Part shown: one piece after another, positions 28,971-39,463 of the stretch | Layout: every line of letters starts with the position of its first letter | How positions within the stretch are numbered: position 1 is the stretch's first letter | DNA from: Spirochaetia bacterium | Lineage (GTDB): Bacteria > Spirochaetota > Spirochaetia > SZUA-6 > Bin103 | Direction of reading: 5' to 3' | Length of the DNA stretch: 64,000 nt | Assembly (NCBI GenBank): GCA_965203905.1 | Contig: CBDBDQ010000005.1 | Location: 2,336,001-2,400,000, forward strand | The notes under the pieces: generated by a model | Seen by the model: only the letters and a program-made list of their open reading frames with translations | The model's database searches: none | What the model was told of the DNA's origin: nothing | Translations under genes and position numbers: made by a program

Positions 28971-29043
28971 GTACCGTGATGCAGCGCGCGGTTCGGCATC
29001 ACCCTGTCCTTACGCACTGCTCCGGCACCGAGGAGCGCCGGGC

Positions 29044-32000
29044 GTGAAGATCGTCTCGCTGGCGACGCGCCGCCCCGTTTCGGTGGTGGTGTTCTTCGTC
29101 GCCCTGGTGATCTTCGGGCTGATCTCGTTCCGGGAGCTGCCGGTCGACCTGCTCCCCGACCTGTCGTTCCCTACCCTGACCATCCGTACCGAATACCCGG
29201 GTGTCGCCCCCGCCGACGTCGAGACCTTCGTCACGACCCCGATCGAGGATGCCGTAGGAATCGTCTCTGGCCTGGTGGATATCTCCAGCATCTCCCGTGC
29301 CGGCCTCTCCGACGTGATCATGGAGTTCGCCTGGGGCACCGACATGGACTTTGCCGCCATCGACGTGCGCGAGCAGCTCGCCCAGCTGGCGCTGCCGGCA
29401 GGCGCCGAAGATCCGATCCTGCTGCGCTTCGATCCCGCCCTCGACCCGATCATGCGCATCAGCGTCGGCAGTGCGGTTCCCGGCACCGTGGGGATTGCCG
29501 ATCAGGCGGGGCTGCGACTCCTGGCCGACCAGTCGATCAAGCAGCGCCTGGAGAGCATCGACGGCGTGGCGGCGGCCATCGTCGCCGGCGGCGTGGAAGA
29601 GGAGATTCAGATCAACGTCGACCAGAGCCGCGCGGCGCTGCTCGCCATCTCCCTGTCCCAGATCGCCAGCCGGCTGCAGCGTGAGAACGTGGACGTCACC
29701 GGCGGCAGCATCGCCGACGGCGCCGCGGAGTACGTGGTGCGCGTGCTGGCTCGGTTCGCCGACCTCGACGAAATCGGCCGCATCGTGGTGGGCGAGGTAG
29801 GCGACGTCCAGGTGCGGCTGCAGGATCTGGCCGAGGTGCGCAGCGGCTACCAGGAGCAGTCCACCATCACCCGCACCAACCGCATTCCGAGCGTCGAGAT
29901 CGCCATCCACAAAGAGGCCGCCGCCAATACTGTCGCCGTGGCGCAAGCGGTACGGGGACGCCTGGGGGAGGTCGAACAGGAGCTTGAGGGGGTGGTCGAG
30001 GTGGAGCTGCGGGTGGTGTCCGACCAGTCGCGCTTCATCGAGCAGTCGATCCGTGACGTGATCCAGGCCGCCGTGCTCGGCGGGGTGCTGGCGATTGCGG
30101 TGCTCTACCTGTTCCTGCGCCGGCTGCGCAGCACGCTGGTGGTGGGGCTGGCGATACCCATATCGGTGATCGCCAGCTTCTTTCTCATGTTCCTGGGGGG
30201 TGTTTCCCTCAACATCATGTCGCTCGGCGGGCTGGCGCTCGGCATCGGCATGCTGGTGGACAGTTCCATCGTGGTGCTGGAGAGCATCGACCGCCACCGG
30301 GTTGCCGGCGCCGATCGCGTCACCGCGGCCCGTACCGGCGGCGCCGAGGTGGGCAGCGCGGTGGTGGCCGCGACCCTGACCACCCTGTGCGTGTTCATCC
30401 CGGTGGTGTTCGTCAGCGGCATCGCCGGGCAGCTGTTCGTGGACCCGGCACTCACCGTCACCTTCTCGCTGCTGGTCAGCCTGGCGGTTGCGCTGACGCT
30501 GATCCCGATGGCCAGCGCCGCAGGGTCGCGCATGGATCAGCCCGCGGCGCCGCCCGAGCCGCCGCCGGCGCCCGAGCCACACCCCGAGTCGGATGACGGC
30601 GAGGAGGCACCGCCGCGCGCCGTGCCGGCCGAGGATGTCGCCCGCGAGCTGCTCTCGGTGCGCGTGGCCGCGGCGCCGGGACGTGGCATCGTGGCGCTCA
30701 TCCAGGGGCTTGGGATCGTGCTGCGGGTGCTCATCACTCCGCTGATCTGGCTGTTCGAGCGCTCTTTCGGCGTTGTGACCGTGGTCTACCCGCGGGTGCT
30801 CGGGTGGGCACTCCGCCATCGTCTCGCGGTCATACTCCTTGCGCTCGTGCTGCTTGGCGGATCCCTGAGCCTGGTGCCGCTGCTCGGCACCGAGCTGATC
30901 CCCGAGATTCGCCAGGGCACCATCGTCGCCGACGTGGAGCTGGCGCCCGGCACGCCGGTGGCACGCACCGACGCCACCCTGGCGGAGATGCAGCGCCGTG
31001 CCGCCGAGCTTCCGGCCGTGGCGCAGACCTACGCCGTGGCCGGCTCATCGAGCACCGGCGAAGAGGTGCGCGAGAACAGCGGCCAGATCCTGATCGATCT
31101 GCACCCCGAGTACCGGCGCGCTGCCGAAGATCGCGCCCTGGCCCAGCTCCGCGGCGCACTGGCGGGGGTTCCCGGCGCCAGCGTCACGTTCGGGCGGCCG
31201 CCGCTGCTTACCTTCGATGCCGCCGTGGAAGCGCGCATCAGCGGCGCCGCGCCGACGGTGCTGGAACGTGCCGCGCAGGCGGTGGCAGAGCGCCTGGCAC
31301 GGGTTACGGGACTGGCCGACGTGAGCGCCCGTCTCGCCGGCACCAGTCCGGAGGTGGTGATCGACCTCAACCGCGCCCAACTGGCCGAGCTGGACCTGGA
31401 CGCCGAGGCGGTGGGGCAGATCGTGGCCTCCAAGCTGCAGGGCGAAGTGCCGACCGAGCTGGAACGTGGCAGGCAGGACGTGGCGCTCCGGGTGCGCACG
31501 CGCCCGGAGGATCGCGCCACCATCGAAGACCTGGCCGGCCTGATCGTCACCACCGTCGGCGACGTCCCGGTGCCGCTGTCGGCGGTGGCGGCGGTCAACG
31601 TGGCCGAGGGCGCCAACGAGATCCGGCGCGTCGATCAGCGTCGGGTGGTGCTGGTGACCGCCAACCTGGACGGGCGTGACCTGGGCAGCGTTACCGAGGA
31701 AGTGCAGGCGGTGCTCGATTCCGTGGCCGCGGAGTACGACGTCGGCGCCGAGCTCGCCGGCCAATGGCAGGACATGGTCGAGTCCTTCGCCAGCATGCAG
31801 CTCGCCCTGATCCTGGCGCTGGTGCTGACCTACCTGGTGATGGCGGCGCAGTTCGAGTCGCTGATACATCCCCTGATCATCCTGGCGGCAGTGCCGTTCG
31901 GACTGGTCGGCGTCGTGCTGACGCTGGCGATCTTCGCCGTTCCGGTGAGCGCCATCACACTGATCGGCGTGATCATGATGGCCGGCATCGTGGTCAACAA

Positions 32001-32334
32001 TGCCATCGTGCTGGTGGACTACATCAATCAACTGCGGCGCCGCGGGATGGAACCGCGGGCGGCGATCCGGCAGGCGGCGGCGACCCGGGTGCGCCCGATC
32101 CTGATGACCACCGCCACTACGGTGCTGGGGCTGGTACCCCTGGCCCTGCGCCTCGGCGAAGGCTGGGAGCTGCGCCAGCCGCTGGCGGTGACGGTGATCG
32201 GCGGGTTGCTGTTCTCCACCTTGATCACGCTGGTCCTGGTGCCGACTCTTTACTCCCTGATTGGCGGTCACGGCGTGCGCCGTGAGACCGCTGAAGCGAC
32301 CGCGAACGGCGCGGCGCTGGAGGTACGCCCATGA
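29044..32334 (+). CDS. RND (AcrB/AcrD/AcrF family) permease 1
   Basis: LPVDLLPD, GMLVDSSIVVLE, GIVVNNAIVLVD and RVRPILMTT motifs. Confidence 0.95.
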   Translation: MKIVSLATRRPVSVVVFFVALVIFGLISFRELPVDLLPDLSFPTLTIRTEYPGVAPADVETFVTTPIEDAVGIVSGLVDISSISRAGLSDVIMEFAWGTDMDFAAIDVREQLAQLALPAGAEDPILLRFDPALDPIMRISVGSAVPGTVGIADQAGLRLLADQSIKQRLESIDGVAAAIVAGGVEEEIQINVDQSRAALLAISLSQIASRLQRENVDVTGGSIADGAAEYVVRVLARFADLDEIGRIVVGEVGDVQVRLQDLAEVRSGYQEQSTITRTNRIPSVEIAIHKEAAANTVAVAQAVRGRLGEVEQELEGVVEVELRVVSDQSRFIEQSIRDVIQAAVLGGVLAIAVLYLFLRRLRSTLVVGLAIPISVIASFFLMFLGGVSLNIMSLGGLALGIGMLVDSSIVVLESIDRHRVAGADRVTAARTGGAEVGSAVVAATLTTLCVFIPVVFVSGIAGQLFVDPALTVTFSLLVSLAVALTLIPMASAAGSRMDQPAAPPEPPPAPEPHPESDDGEEAPPRAVPAEDVARELLSVRVAAAPGRGIVALIQGLGIVLRVLITPLIWLFERSFGVVTVVYPRVLGWALRHRLAVILLALVLLGGSLSLVPLLGTELIPEIRQGTIVADVELAPGTPVARTDATLAEMQRRAAELPAVAQTYAVAGSSSTGEEVRENSGQILIDLHPEYRRAAEDRALAQLRGALAGVPGASVTFGRPPLLTFDAAVEARISGAAPTVLERAAQAVAERLARVTGLADVSARLAGTSPEVVIDLNRAQLAELDLDAEAVGQIVASKLQGEVPTELERGRQDVALRVRTRPEDRATIEDLAGLIVTTVGDVPVPLSAVAAVNVAEGANEIRRVDQRRVVLVTANLDGRDLGSVTEEVQAVLDSVAAEYDVGAELAGQWQDMVESFASMQLALILALVLTYLVMAAQFESLIHPLIILAAVPFGLVGVVLTLAIFAVPVSAITLIGVIMMAGIVVNNAIVLVDYINQLRRRGMEPRAAIRQAAATRVRPILMTTATTVLGLVPLALRLGEGWELRQPLAVTVIGGLLFSTLITLVLVPTLYSLIGGHGVRRETAEATANGAALEVRP

Positions 32335-35300
32335 CTTCTTTTGCCGAATTCTCGGTGCGGCGGCCGCTTGGCGTGATCCTGGTGATTGCCGCGATCTCCG
32401 TGTTCGGGTTCTTCGCGATCGGCCGGCTTCCGCTGCTGTTTCTGCCGGAGATCGAGAGTCCGAACCTGAGCGTGACCGCGCCGTTCCCGAACTCCTCGCC
32501 GGAAGAGGTGGGGCGGCGCGTGGCCACGCCGCTGGAGGGCGCCATCGGCGGCATGAGCGGGATCGAGTCGGTGAGCTCCACCTCCTCGGCCAGTTCGGCC
32601 CGCGTACGCGCCCAGTTCGCGGTCGGCACCGACATGGACCTGGCGGCGGCGGAGATCCGTGACCGCATCGACCGTATCCGCGGCACGCTGCCGGACGGCG
32701 TGGGCCGTATCCGCGTGTCCAATTTCTCCACCACCGATATCCCGATCCTGCAACTCAGCGTGAGCCTGGACGGCTCGCGCGCGGAGCTGGAACGCCTCAC
32801 CGAGGACCTGATCGTGCCGCGGCTGCTGCGCCTGGACGGAGTCGCCGACGTGCAGGTGCGCGGCCTGCAGGACGAGCAGGTGATGATCGACGTCGATCCG
32901 CAGGCGATGGCCTCCCTGGGAGTGGCGGTCGACGACCTGACCCGCAGCCTGCGCGCCAACAACGTGGACCTTGCCGGGGGCTACCTGATCGACGGCGGGC
33001 GCCGCTACTTCGTGCGCTCGGTGGGTTCGTTCACCGACCTGGAGGAGATCGCCTCGTTGCCGATCGCCGGTGCCGGCGGGGTGCGAATAGGCGACGTCGG
33101 GACAGTCCGCCGCGGCGTCGGCGACCAGGACAGCGTGCAGCGGCTCAACCTGGCCGAGGCGGTCACGGTGCGGGTGTTCAAGGGCAGCGACGCCAACGTG
33201 GTGAGCGTGGTCCGGGCCGCGCGCGGCCAGTTGGCGGAGATCGAAGCGGCGGAGCCGCGCCTGGCCACGTTCGTGTTCTTCGATCAGTCCGAGGAGATCA
33301 CCACCAGCCTCAACAACCTGCGCAACTCGGGGCTGATCGGTGCGGGTCTGGCGGTGCTGGTGCTGTTCGCGTTCCTGCTCAGGGTGCGCGCCACGCTGGT
33401 GGTGGCGATCGCCATCCCCATCTCCATCATCGCCACCTTCGCCGTGGTCTACCTGATGCGGCGCGTCGGCGGGCTCAATTTCTCGCTCAACATCATCTCG
33501 CTGAGCGGGCTGATGCTGGCGGTGGGCATGCTGGTGGACAACAGCGTCGTGGTGCTGGAGAACATCTACCGCTACCGGGAACGCGGCCTTGCGCCGCAGG
33601 CGGCGGCAATTCGCGGCGCCGGCGAGGTAACGACGCCGGTGCTGGCCGCGACCATCACCTCGATCATCGTGTTCGTACCGGTCCTGTTCAACGCGACCAG
33701 TGCGTTCGGCCGCTTCATGGGCGATTTCGCGACCACCATGGTAGCGGCGATGATCGCCTCCCTGGTGATCTCCCTCAGCCTGATTCCCGTGGTCAGCTCG
33801 CGCTTCCTGGTGGCAGCCGGCGCCGGGCGGCATCGCCTCATGGACGGGCTTGCGGCAGCCTACCGGGCACTGCTGCGCTGGACGCTGCAGCACCGGCTGA
33901 TCACGGTCGCCTGCATGCTGGCGGTGCTCGGCGGCGGCATCTACCTGCTCACCAAGATCGAACGCGAGTTCACGCCGCCCACGCCGTCGCGGCGCATGTC
34001 GATCGCGGTCACCGCCGAGAACGGAGTGACCTTCCAGGAAACCAGGCAGGTGTTCGACGCCTTCGAACGTGACCTGCTGGCGCGCACCGAGGAGCTGGAG
34101 ATCGACGCGGTGGCGGCCAACTTCTCCGCCCGCAGCGGCAACGTGACGGTGTACTTCCGCGACGACCAGTCCACGCAGCGCTCCACCAACGAGCTCACCA
34201 ACGAGATCCGCGCCATGCTGCCGCAACTGCCCGGATACAACTTCTCCGTGGGTCGACGCTGGGGCCGCGGCGGCGGCGGCGCGCTGGGCGTCTCGGTGGA
34301 CATAACGGGCCCGAACACCGAGGTGCTGGCGCTGTTTGCCGAGGACATCGGCGCCAGGCTGGGGGCCCTGCCCGGGGTCGAAGACGTAAGCACCAACCTG
34401 GAGTCGGGGGACGAGCAGCTTCAGGTGCGGGTCAACCGCGACCGCGCCACCGCCGCGGATCTGACTCCGACGGCGGTAGGTCAGCTCTTGAGCTCCAACC
34501 TGAGCGAGAGCAACGCCGGTACGCTGGCCGCCGGCGAGGACGAGCTGCCGATCCGGGTGCGCGTGAACGAGGCGGCGCGCGTCGACCTGAACGGACTCGC
34601 GCAGCTCCCCGTGGAGCAGGGCGCCGACGCGGTGCCGCTGGGTGCGCTGGCGACCTTCGAGCGCCAGCCGGGCCCGCGCTCCATCCAGCGCGACGGCGGC
34701 AGCGAGATCGTCTCCGTGACGGCCAACACCGACCTGCGCGGCATGTTCCGCCTGCGCGGCCAGATACAGGGCATGCTCAACCAGCAGCAGCTCCCACCCG
34801 GATACAGCGCGGAGGTAGGACAGAACTTCCGGCGCTTCCAGGAGTCGGAGCAGCAGTCGCTGCTCGCCCTGATCCTTGCCGCCGCCTTCATCTACCTGGT
34901 GATGGCGGCGCTGTTCGAGTCATTCGTGCATCCGATCACCATCCTCACCTCGCTGCCCTTCTCGCTGCTCGGCGTAACGGTGTTGTTCTATCTCACGGGA
35001 ACGACACTCAACACCAACTCCTGGCTCGGGATCATGGTGCTGGCGGGGGTCGTGGTGAACAACGGCATCATTCTGGTGGACCACATCAACCGCCTGCGCG
35101 CAGGCGGGATGGCGCGCACCGAGGCGATCATCACCGGCGGGCGCGACCGCCTGCGGCCGATCCTGATCACCGCCTGCACGACGCTGCTGGGGCTGTTCCC
35201 GCTGGTGGCGCCGCTGGTGGCGCCGGGGGTATTCGGCCCGGTGGAGGGTCGTGCCGGTATCTGGGGTCCGATCGCCCTGGCGGTCGTGGGTGGTCTGACC

Positions 35301-35444
35301 ACTTCCACCTTCATGACGCTGGTGGTGATGCCGACCATCTACTCACTGTTCGACGACTTGGCGGAATACCTGCGGCGCGTGACGCGGGCGATGCGTCCGG
35401 CGCCGCGCCAGCCGGCACAGCCTACCCCGGAGGGGGGAGGTTGA
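32331..35444 (+). CDS. RND (AcrB/AcrD/AcrF family) permease 2
   Basis: GMLVDNSVVVLENI, GVVVNNGIILVD and RLRPILIT motifs. Confidence 0.95.
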   Translation: MTSFAEFSVRRPLGVILVIAAISVFGFFAIGRLPLLFLPEIESPNLSVTAPFPNSSPEEVGRRVATPLEGAIGGMSGIESVSSTSSASSARVRAQFAVGTDMDLAAAEIRDRIDRIRGTLPDGVGRIRVSNFSTTDIPILQLSVSLDGSRAELERLTEDLIVPRLLRLDGVADVQVRGLQDEQVMIDVDPQAMASLGVAVDDLTRSLRANNVDLAGGYLIDGGRRYFVRSVGSFTDLEEIASLPIAGAGGVRIGDVGTVRRGVGDQDSVQRLNLAEAVTVRVFKGSDANVVSVVRAARGQLAEIEAAEPRLATFVFFDQSEEITTSLNNLRNSGLIGAGLAVLVLFAFLLRVRATLVVAIAIPISIIATFAVVYLMRRVGGLNFSLNIISLSGLMLAVGMLVDNSVVVLENIYRYRERGLAPQAAAIRGAGEVTTPVLAATITSIIVFVPVLFNATSAFGRFMGDFATTMVAAMIASLVISLSLIPVVSSRFLVAAGAGRHRLMDGLAAAYRALLRWTLQHRLITVACMLAVLGGGIYLLTKIEREFTPPTPSRRMSIAVTAENGVTFQETRQVFDAFERDLLARTEELEIDAVAANFSARSGNVTVYFRDDQSTQRSTNELTNEIRAMLPQLPGYNFSVGRRWGRGGGGALGVSVDITGPNTEVLALFAEDIGARLGALPGVEDVSTNLESGDEQLQVRVNRDRATAADLTPTAVGQLLSSNLSESNAGTLAAGEDELPIRVRVNEAARVDLNGLAQLPVEQGADAVPLGALATFERQPGPRSIQRDGGSEIVSVTANTDLRGMFRLRGQIQGMLNQQQLPPGYSAEVGQNFRRFQESEQQSLLALILAAAFIYLVMAALFESFVHPITILTSLPFSLLGVTVLFYLTGTTLNTNSWLGIMVLAGVVVNNGIILVDHINRLRAGGMARTEAIITGGRDRLRPILITACTTLLGLFPLVAPLVAPGVFGPVEGRAGIWGPIALAVVGGLTTSTFMTLVVMPTIYSLFDDLAEYLRRVTRAMRPAPRQPAQPTPEGGG

Positions 35445-35517
35445 GGTGCGGCGGCACGAACCGCCGCTACGGCGCAATGGCAGTGCGTTTGGAGTGAGTC
35501 GACAAACAGGAGGCGGG

Positions 35518-37347
35518 ATGGTGAGACGACTGGCGCTGGCCGGGTTGTTGTCGCTGACGGTGGCGCTCGGTGGCTGCGACGTGGTGAACAACATCCTGGG
35601 CCGCTCCGGGGGCCAGACGGCCGGTGCGGGGGGAGGCTTCGGTGGTGGTGGCTTCGGCGGCGGCTTCGGCGGGCAGGCCGCCGCGCTTCCCGTGGTGACC
35701 GCGGACGTGGTGCGGCAAACGGTATCCAGCTTTCTCGTGGCCACCACGACCCTGAGCGCGGAGCGATCGCTCGACGTGGTGGCACGCGCCGGCGGCGAGG
35801 TGGTCGAGGTGCTGGTGGAAGAGGGCGACGCCGTGCGCGAGGGGCAGCTGCTGGCACAGTTGGACCCGAGTGACGCGCGGCTGGCGCTGGCCGAGGCGCA
35901 GGCGCACTATGACAACCTCCAGCGCGAGTACAACCGCACCGTCGAGCTGGCCGAGCACGGCGGGGTCACCGATCAGGAGCTGGAGAACCAGCGCTACCAG
36001 GTCGAGTTGCGCACGATCGCCCTGGAGCGTTCCCGGCAGCAACTGACCGATACCGAGATCCGTTCGCCGATCACCGGCATCGTCGGCGCGCGCTCCGTGG
36101 AGGCGGGCGCGACCATTTCGGCCAACACCCGCGTGTTCCACGTGCTCGATCCCGATCCGCTGCTGGCGGTGATCCACATCCCGGACGCCAGTCGGCAGAG
36201 CCTGCGCGCGGGGCAGAGAGTGCAGATTCAGGCCGCCGGCGGAGTCCAGGCGACCGGGGTGATCGATCGCATCAGTCCGGTGGTCGATGCGGAGTCGGGC
36301 ACGGTAAAGGTCACGGTGGAGCTGGATGCGGCCGGCACGGACGCCGGCATGCTGGTGCCCGGATCGTTCGTCACGGTCCAGGTGCCGACCGAGACCCGCC
36401 CCGATGCCGTGGTGGTGCCCAAGCGTGCGATCCTCCTGGAGCGGGACCAGAGCATCGTCTACCGCGTGCAGGAGGGGGTGGCAGTGCGCACGCCGGTGGC
36501 GGTGGGGCTGTCGGCGCAGGACCTGGTGGAGATCACCAGCGGCCTGAGCGTCGGCGACGCGGTGGTGACGGTCGGACACGAGTCGTTGCGCGACGGCGCT
36601 CCGGTGCGCGCTGCCGGCGAGCCGCTGCCGGAGTCGGCCACGGCCGGCGCTCCGGCCGGCGGGCCGGGCGGCGGCGGCGGCGGTTTCGATCTGGCGCAGC
36701 TACCGGCGGAACGCCGCGACGCGTTGTTCGAGCGGTTGCTCCAGAATGCCGAGTTCAAGAAGGCATACGACGCCAAGCTGCAGGAAGACCCGGCACTGGA
36801 GAGGGACGAGGACAAGAAGCTGGCGTTCTTCCAGGAGCAGATCGCCGCGATGGGCGGTATGCGGGCGATATTCGCCGGCGGCGCCGGAGGCGGAGCGCGC
36901 CAGGGAGCTGCGGGCGCTGCTGGCGGCGGGCCGGGCGGTGGCGCCGCGGCTGGCGCCGGTGGTCAAGCTGGCGGCGGTACGCAGGGTGGCGGCGCCGACC
37001 AGGCGGCTGCCGGTGCAGCGGCCGGGCAGGCCGCTGCGGGCGCGGGGGGCGGCGGAGCGCGCGCCGGCGGTGGCGGCGGCCAGGGCGGATTCGCCGGTGG
37101 TGGCCCGGGTGGCGGCGGCTTCAGCCTGGCGAACCTGCCCGAGGAGCGCCGCGAGAGGTTGATAGCGCGCCTGCTGCAGAACGAGGAAGTGAAGAAGGCC
37201 TACGACGCGAAACTGAAGGAAGATCCGGCGCTGGAGAACGACGAGCCACGGCGGCTGCAGTTCCTGCAGGAGCAGCTCCAGGCGATCGGTGGCCCGCGCG
37301 CGCTGTTCGGCGGCGGCGGTGGCGGCGGCGGTGGCTTCGGCGGCTGA
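35518..37347 (+). CDS. RND periplasmic adaptor (MFP) lipoprotein with Gly-rich tail and duplicated C-terminal helical domain
   Basis: Lipobox ALGGC. VEEGDAVREGQLLAQLD, IRSPITG and ISPVVDAESGT motifs. Confidence 0.9.
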   Translation: MVRRLALAGLLSLTVALGGCDVVNNILGRSGGQTAGAGGGFGGGGFGGGFGGQAAALPVVTADVVRQTVSSFLVATTTLSAERSLDVVARAGGEVVEVLVEEGDAVREGQLLAQLDPSDARLALAEAQAHYDNLQREYNRTVELAEHGGVTDQELENQRYQVELRTIALERSRQQLTDTEIRSPITGIVGARSVEAGATISANTRVFHVLDPDPLLAVIHIPDASRQSLRAGQRVQIQAAGGVQATGVIDRISPVVDAESGTVKVTVELDAAGTDAGMLVPGSFVTVQVPTETRPDAVVVPKRAILLERDQSIVYRVQEGVAVRTPVAVGLSAQDLVEITSGLSVGDAVVTVGHESLRDGAPVRAAGEPLPESATAGAPAGGPGGGGGGFDLAQLPAERRDALFERLLQNAEFKKAYDAKLQEDPALERDEDKKLAFFQEQIAAMGGMRAIFAGGAGGGARQGAAGAAGGGPGGGAAAGAGGQAGGGTQGGGADQAAAGAAAGQAAAGAGGGGARAGGGGGQGGFAGGGPGGGGFSLANLPEERRERLIARLLQNEEVKKAYDAKLKEDPALENDEPRRLQFLQEQLQAIGGPRALFGGGGGGGGGFGG

Positions 37348-37366
37348 CGCCCGTCCGGCCTCCGCG

Positions 37367-38092
37367 GTGGAGGAGGCAGCCGATCCGGATGCCGCCGCGG
37401 CCCGCGTCCTGGTGGTAGAGGATGACGCTGCCATCGCGGAGCTGATCGAACTGTATCTGCACAAGGAGGGGCTGGAGAGCACCTGCGTCGCTTCGGCCGA
37501 GGAGGCGGAGAGCACCCTGCGCCGGATGGTTTGCCACTTGGTGATCCTGGACATCAACCTGCCCGGTCGCGACGGCTTTCAGTTCCTGACGCAGTTTCGC
37601 GCGCGCCACTCTACCCCGGTGATCATCGTGTCGGCGCGCGACTCCGACGAGGACAAGGTGCTCGGCCTCGGGGTCGGTGCGGACGACTTCGTCACCAAGC
37701 CGTTTTCGCCGCGCGTGCTGTTGGCGCGAGTGCGGACCAACCTCCGCTACCTGCAGCGCGGGCCGGCGCCATCGGTACGGGCGGTTCGCTTCGGTGACTA
37801 CCTCATCCACCTGAACGAGTACACCGTCACCCGCGACGGCAGCCGCGTGACGCTGGCTCCCAAGGAGTTCGATCTGCTTGCCTACCTGGTGAGCAACGCC
37901 GGGCGCGCCTTCAGGCCGCAGGAGCTGTACGCGCGCGTGTGGGGCAACCGCTTCGGCGACCTGTCCACGGTCACCGTGCACGTGCAGCGGTTGCGCAAGA
38001 AGCTGCACCGTCCGGGAACGGCACCGCTGATCGAGACCGTCCCACGGGTCGGCTACCGCGCCTCTTCCGCCGTCGTGAGCTTCGAGACGTGA
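37367..38092 (+). CDS. OmpR/PhoB-family response regulator
   Basis: VLVVEDD, ILDINLPG, GADDFVTKPFS and winged helix TVTVHVQRLRKK..IETVPRVGYR. Confidence 0.92.
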   Translation: MEEAADPDAAAARVLVVEDDAAIAELIELYLHKEGLESTCVASAEEAESTLRRMVCHLVILDINLPGRDGFQFLTQFRARHSTPVIIVSARDSDEDKVLGLGVGADDFVTKPFSPRVLLARVRTNLRYLQRGPAPSVRAVRFGDYLIHLNEYTVTRDGSRVTLAPKEFDLLAYLVSNAGRAFRPQELYARVWGNRFGDLSTVTVHVQRLRKKLHRPGTAPLIETVPRVGYRASSAVVSFET

Positions 38093-39456
38093 CGATCAGA
38101 ACCAGGCTCGCGCTGCTGGTCGTGGCGGTGGTGTGCGTGCCGGTAGGGGTGGTGGGTCTGCTCAGCTATATCGACTCCCGCTCGCTCAGCGACCGTGAGG
38201 AGGCCCGAATTGCGGCGTTTCATACCGTGCATACCTGGCTGGCGGAGGAGGTTGCACCGAGCTGGGCGCAGGTTCGCACCCTGGAGCCGCCGGCCGGTCA
38301 CCAGGCCATCGTGGTGGATGCCGGCAGCGTAGTGCTGGTCTCGTCCGTAGCCGACGTGGCAGCCGGCCAACGGGTCGACAGGGGCACGCTGGCGGCGCGG
38401 TTCCCGCCACCCGAGCATCGGATTCTGGAGTTCCCGATTTTCGCCGACGGCGCCCTCGTAGGCGCCGCGTTCGAGGTGCGGCCGCGCCCGAGCCCCTGGT
38501 GGCTGCGCTGGCGCTGGCTGCTGGACAGCGGCCGTTACGGGTTGGCCACCCTCATCGTCATCGGCGTCGCCATGGTGTGGTGGCTGGCCCACGCGCTGCG
38601 CCGCTCGCTGGGCGATCTGGACCGTGCCTCACAGCGCATCGCCGCCGGCGACCTGAACTTCCAACTGCGTGCCGAGGGCCGTGACGAGGTGGCCGCGGTG
38701 GCGCGCTCGTTCGACCGCATGCGGCGCGCGCTGATCGAGGAACGGCGCATGCTGCGTGCCGAGCGGGAGCGCAAGCGCAGTTTCCTGATGGCCGTATCGC
38801 ACGATCTGCGGACGCCCCTGACCAGCATCAAGGGCTACCTGGAGGCGCTGCAGGACGGCATGGCGGGCGACCGCGGGGCGGAGCTGCGCTACCTGCGCAT
38901 CGCCCGCGATCGGGCGGATTTGCTGGAGAACAGGATCGCGGATCTCAACGAGTTGTTGCGCATGGAGACCGGCGAGTGGCGGACGCAGCGCGAGCCGCGC
39001 AGCCTGACGGGAATCCTCGGCGGCCTGGCAGCCGACTATCGCGAAGACGCACTGCTGCTCGGACGCCGATTCGAGGTGGCCATCGACCTGCCGGACTATC
39101 TGGTCGTGGACGCTGACTGGAGTCTGTTCACGCGCGTTACCGACAACCTGATGGAGAACGCGCTGCAATACACTCGCAACGGCGACCGTATCCGGTTCAC
39201 GGCGCTGCAGCATAACGGCGCCGTCGAAGTCGCGGTCCGGGACAGCGGCCCCGGCATTCCGGCAGAGCAGTTGGCACACATCTTCGACCCGTTCTTCCGT
39301 GGCGCCGCCGATCGCCGCGAGCCGGGCAACGGCCTGGGACTGGCGGTGGCCCGCTCCATCGTCGAGGCGCACGGTTGGAAGATCAGTGCCGCCGCCGGCA
39401 ACGGCGGCGGAGCATGCTTCACGATCCATATCCCCGTCACACAGCGTACGCCCTGA
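38089..39456 (+). CDS. HAMP-domain sensor histidine kinase
   Basis: Two TM segments and HAMP. VSHDLRTPLTSI, NLMENALQY, DSGPGI and GNGLGL motifs. Confidence 0.92.
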   Translation: MTIRTRLALLVVAVVCVPVGVVGLLSYIDSRSLSDREEARIAAFHTVHTWLAEEVAPSWAQVRTLEPPAGHQAIVVDAGSVVLVSSVADVAAGQRVDRGTLAARFPPPEHRILEFPIFADGALVGAAFEVRPRPSPWWLRWRWLLDSGRYGLATLIVIGVAMVWWLAHALRRSLGDLDRASQRIAAGDLNFQLRAEGRDEVAAVARSFDRMRRALIEERRMLRAERERKRSFLMAVSHDLRTPLTSIKGYLEALQDGMAGDRGAELRYLRIARDRADLLENRIADLNELLRMETGEWRTQREPRSLTGILGGLAADYREDALLLGRRFEVAIDLPDYLVVDADWSLFTRVTDNLMENALQYTRNGDRIRFTALQHNGAVEVAVRDSGPGIPAEQLAHIFDPFFRGAADRREPGNGLGLAVARSIVEAHGWKISAAAGNGGGACFTIHIPVTQRTP

Positions 39457-39463
39457 CCAGGCG

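Noticed and set aside
36860-37120. Gly-rich stretch as a collagen-like or PE-PGRS gene
   Set aside because: It has no Gly-X-Y periodicity and is the linker within the MFP ORF.
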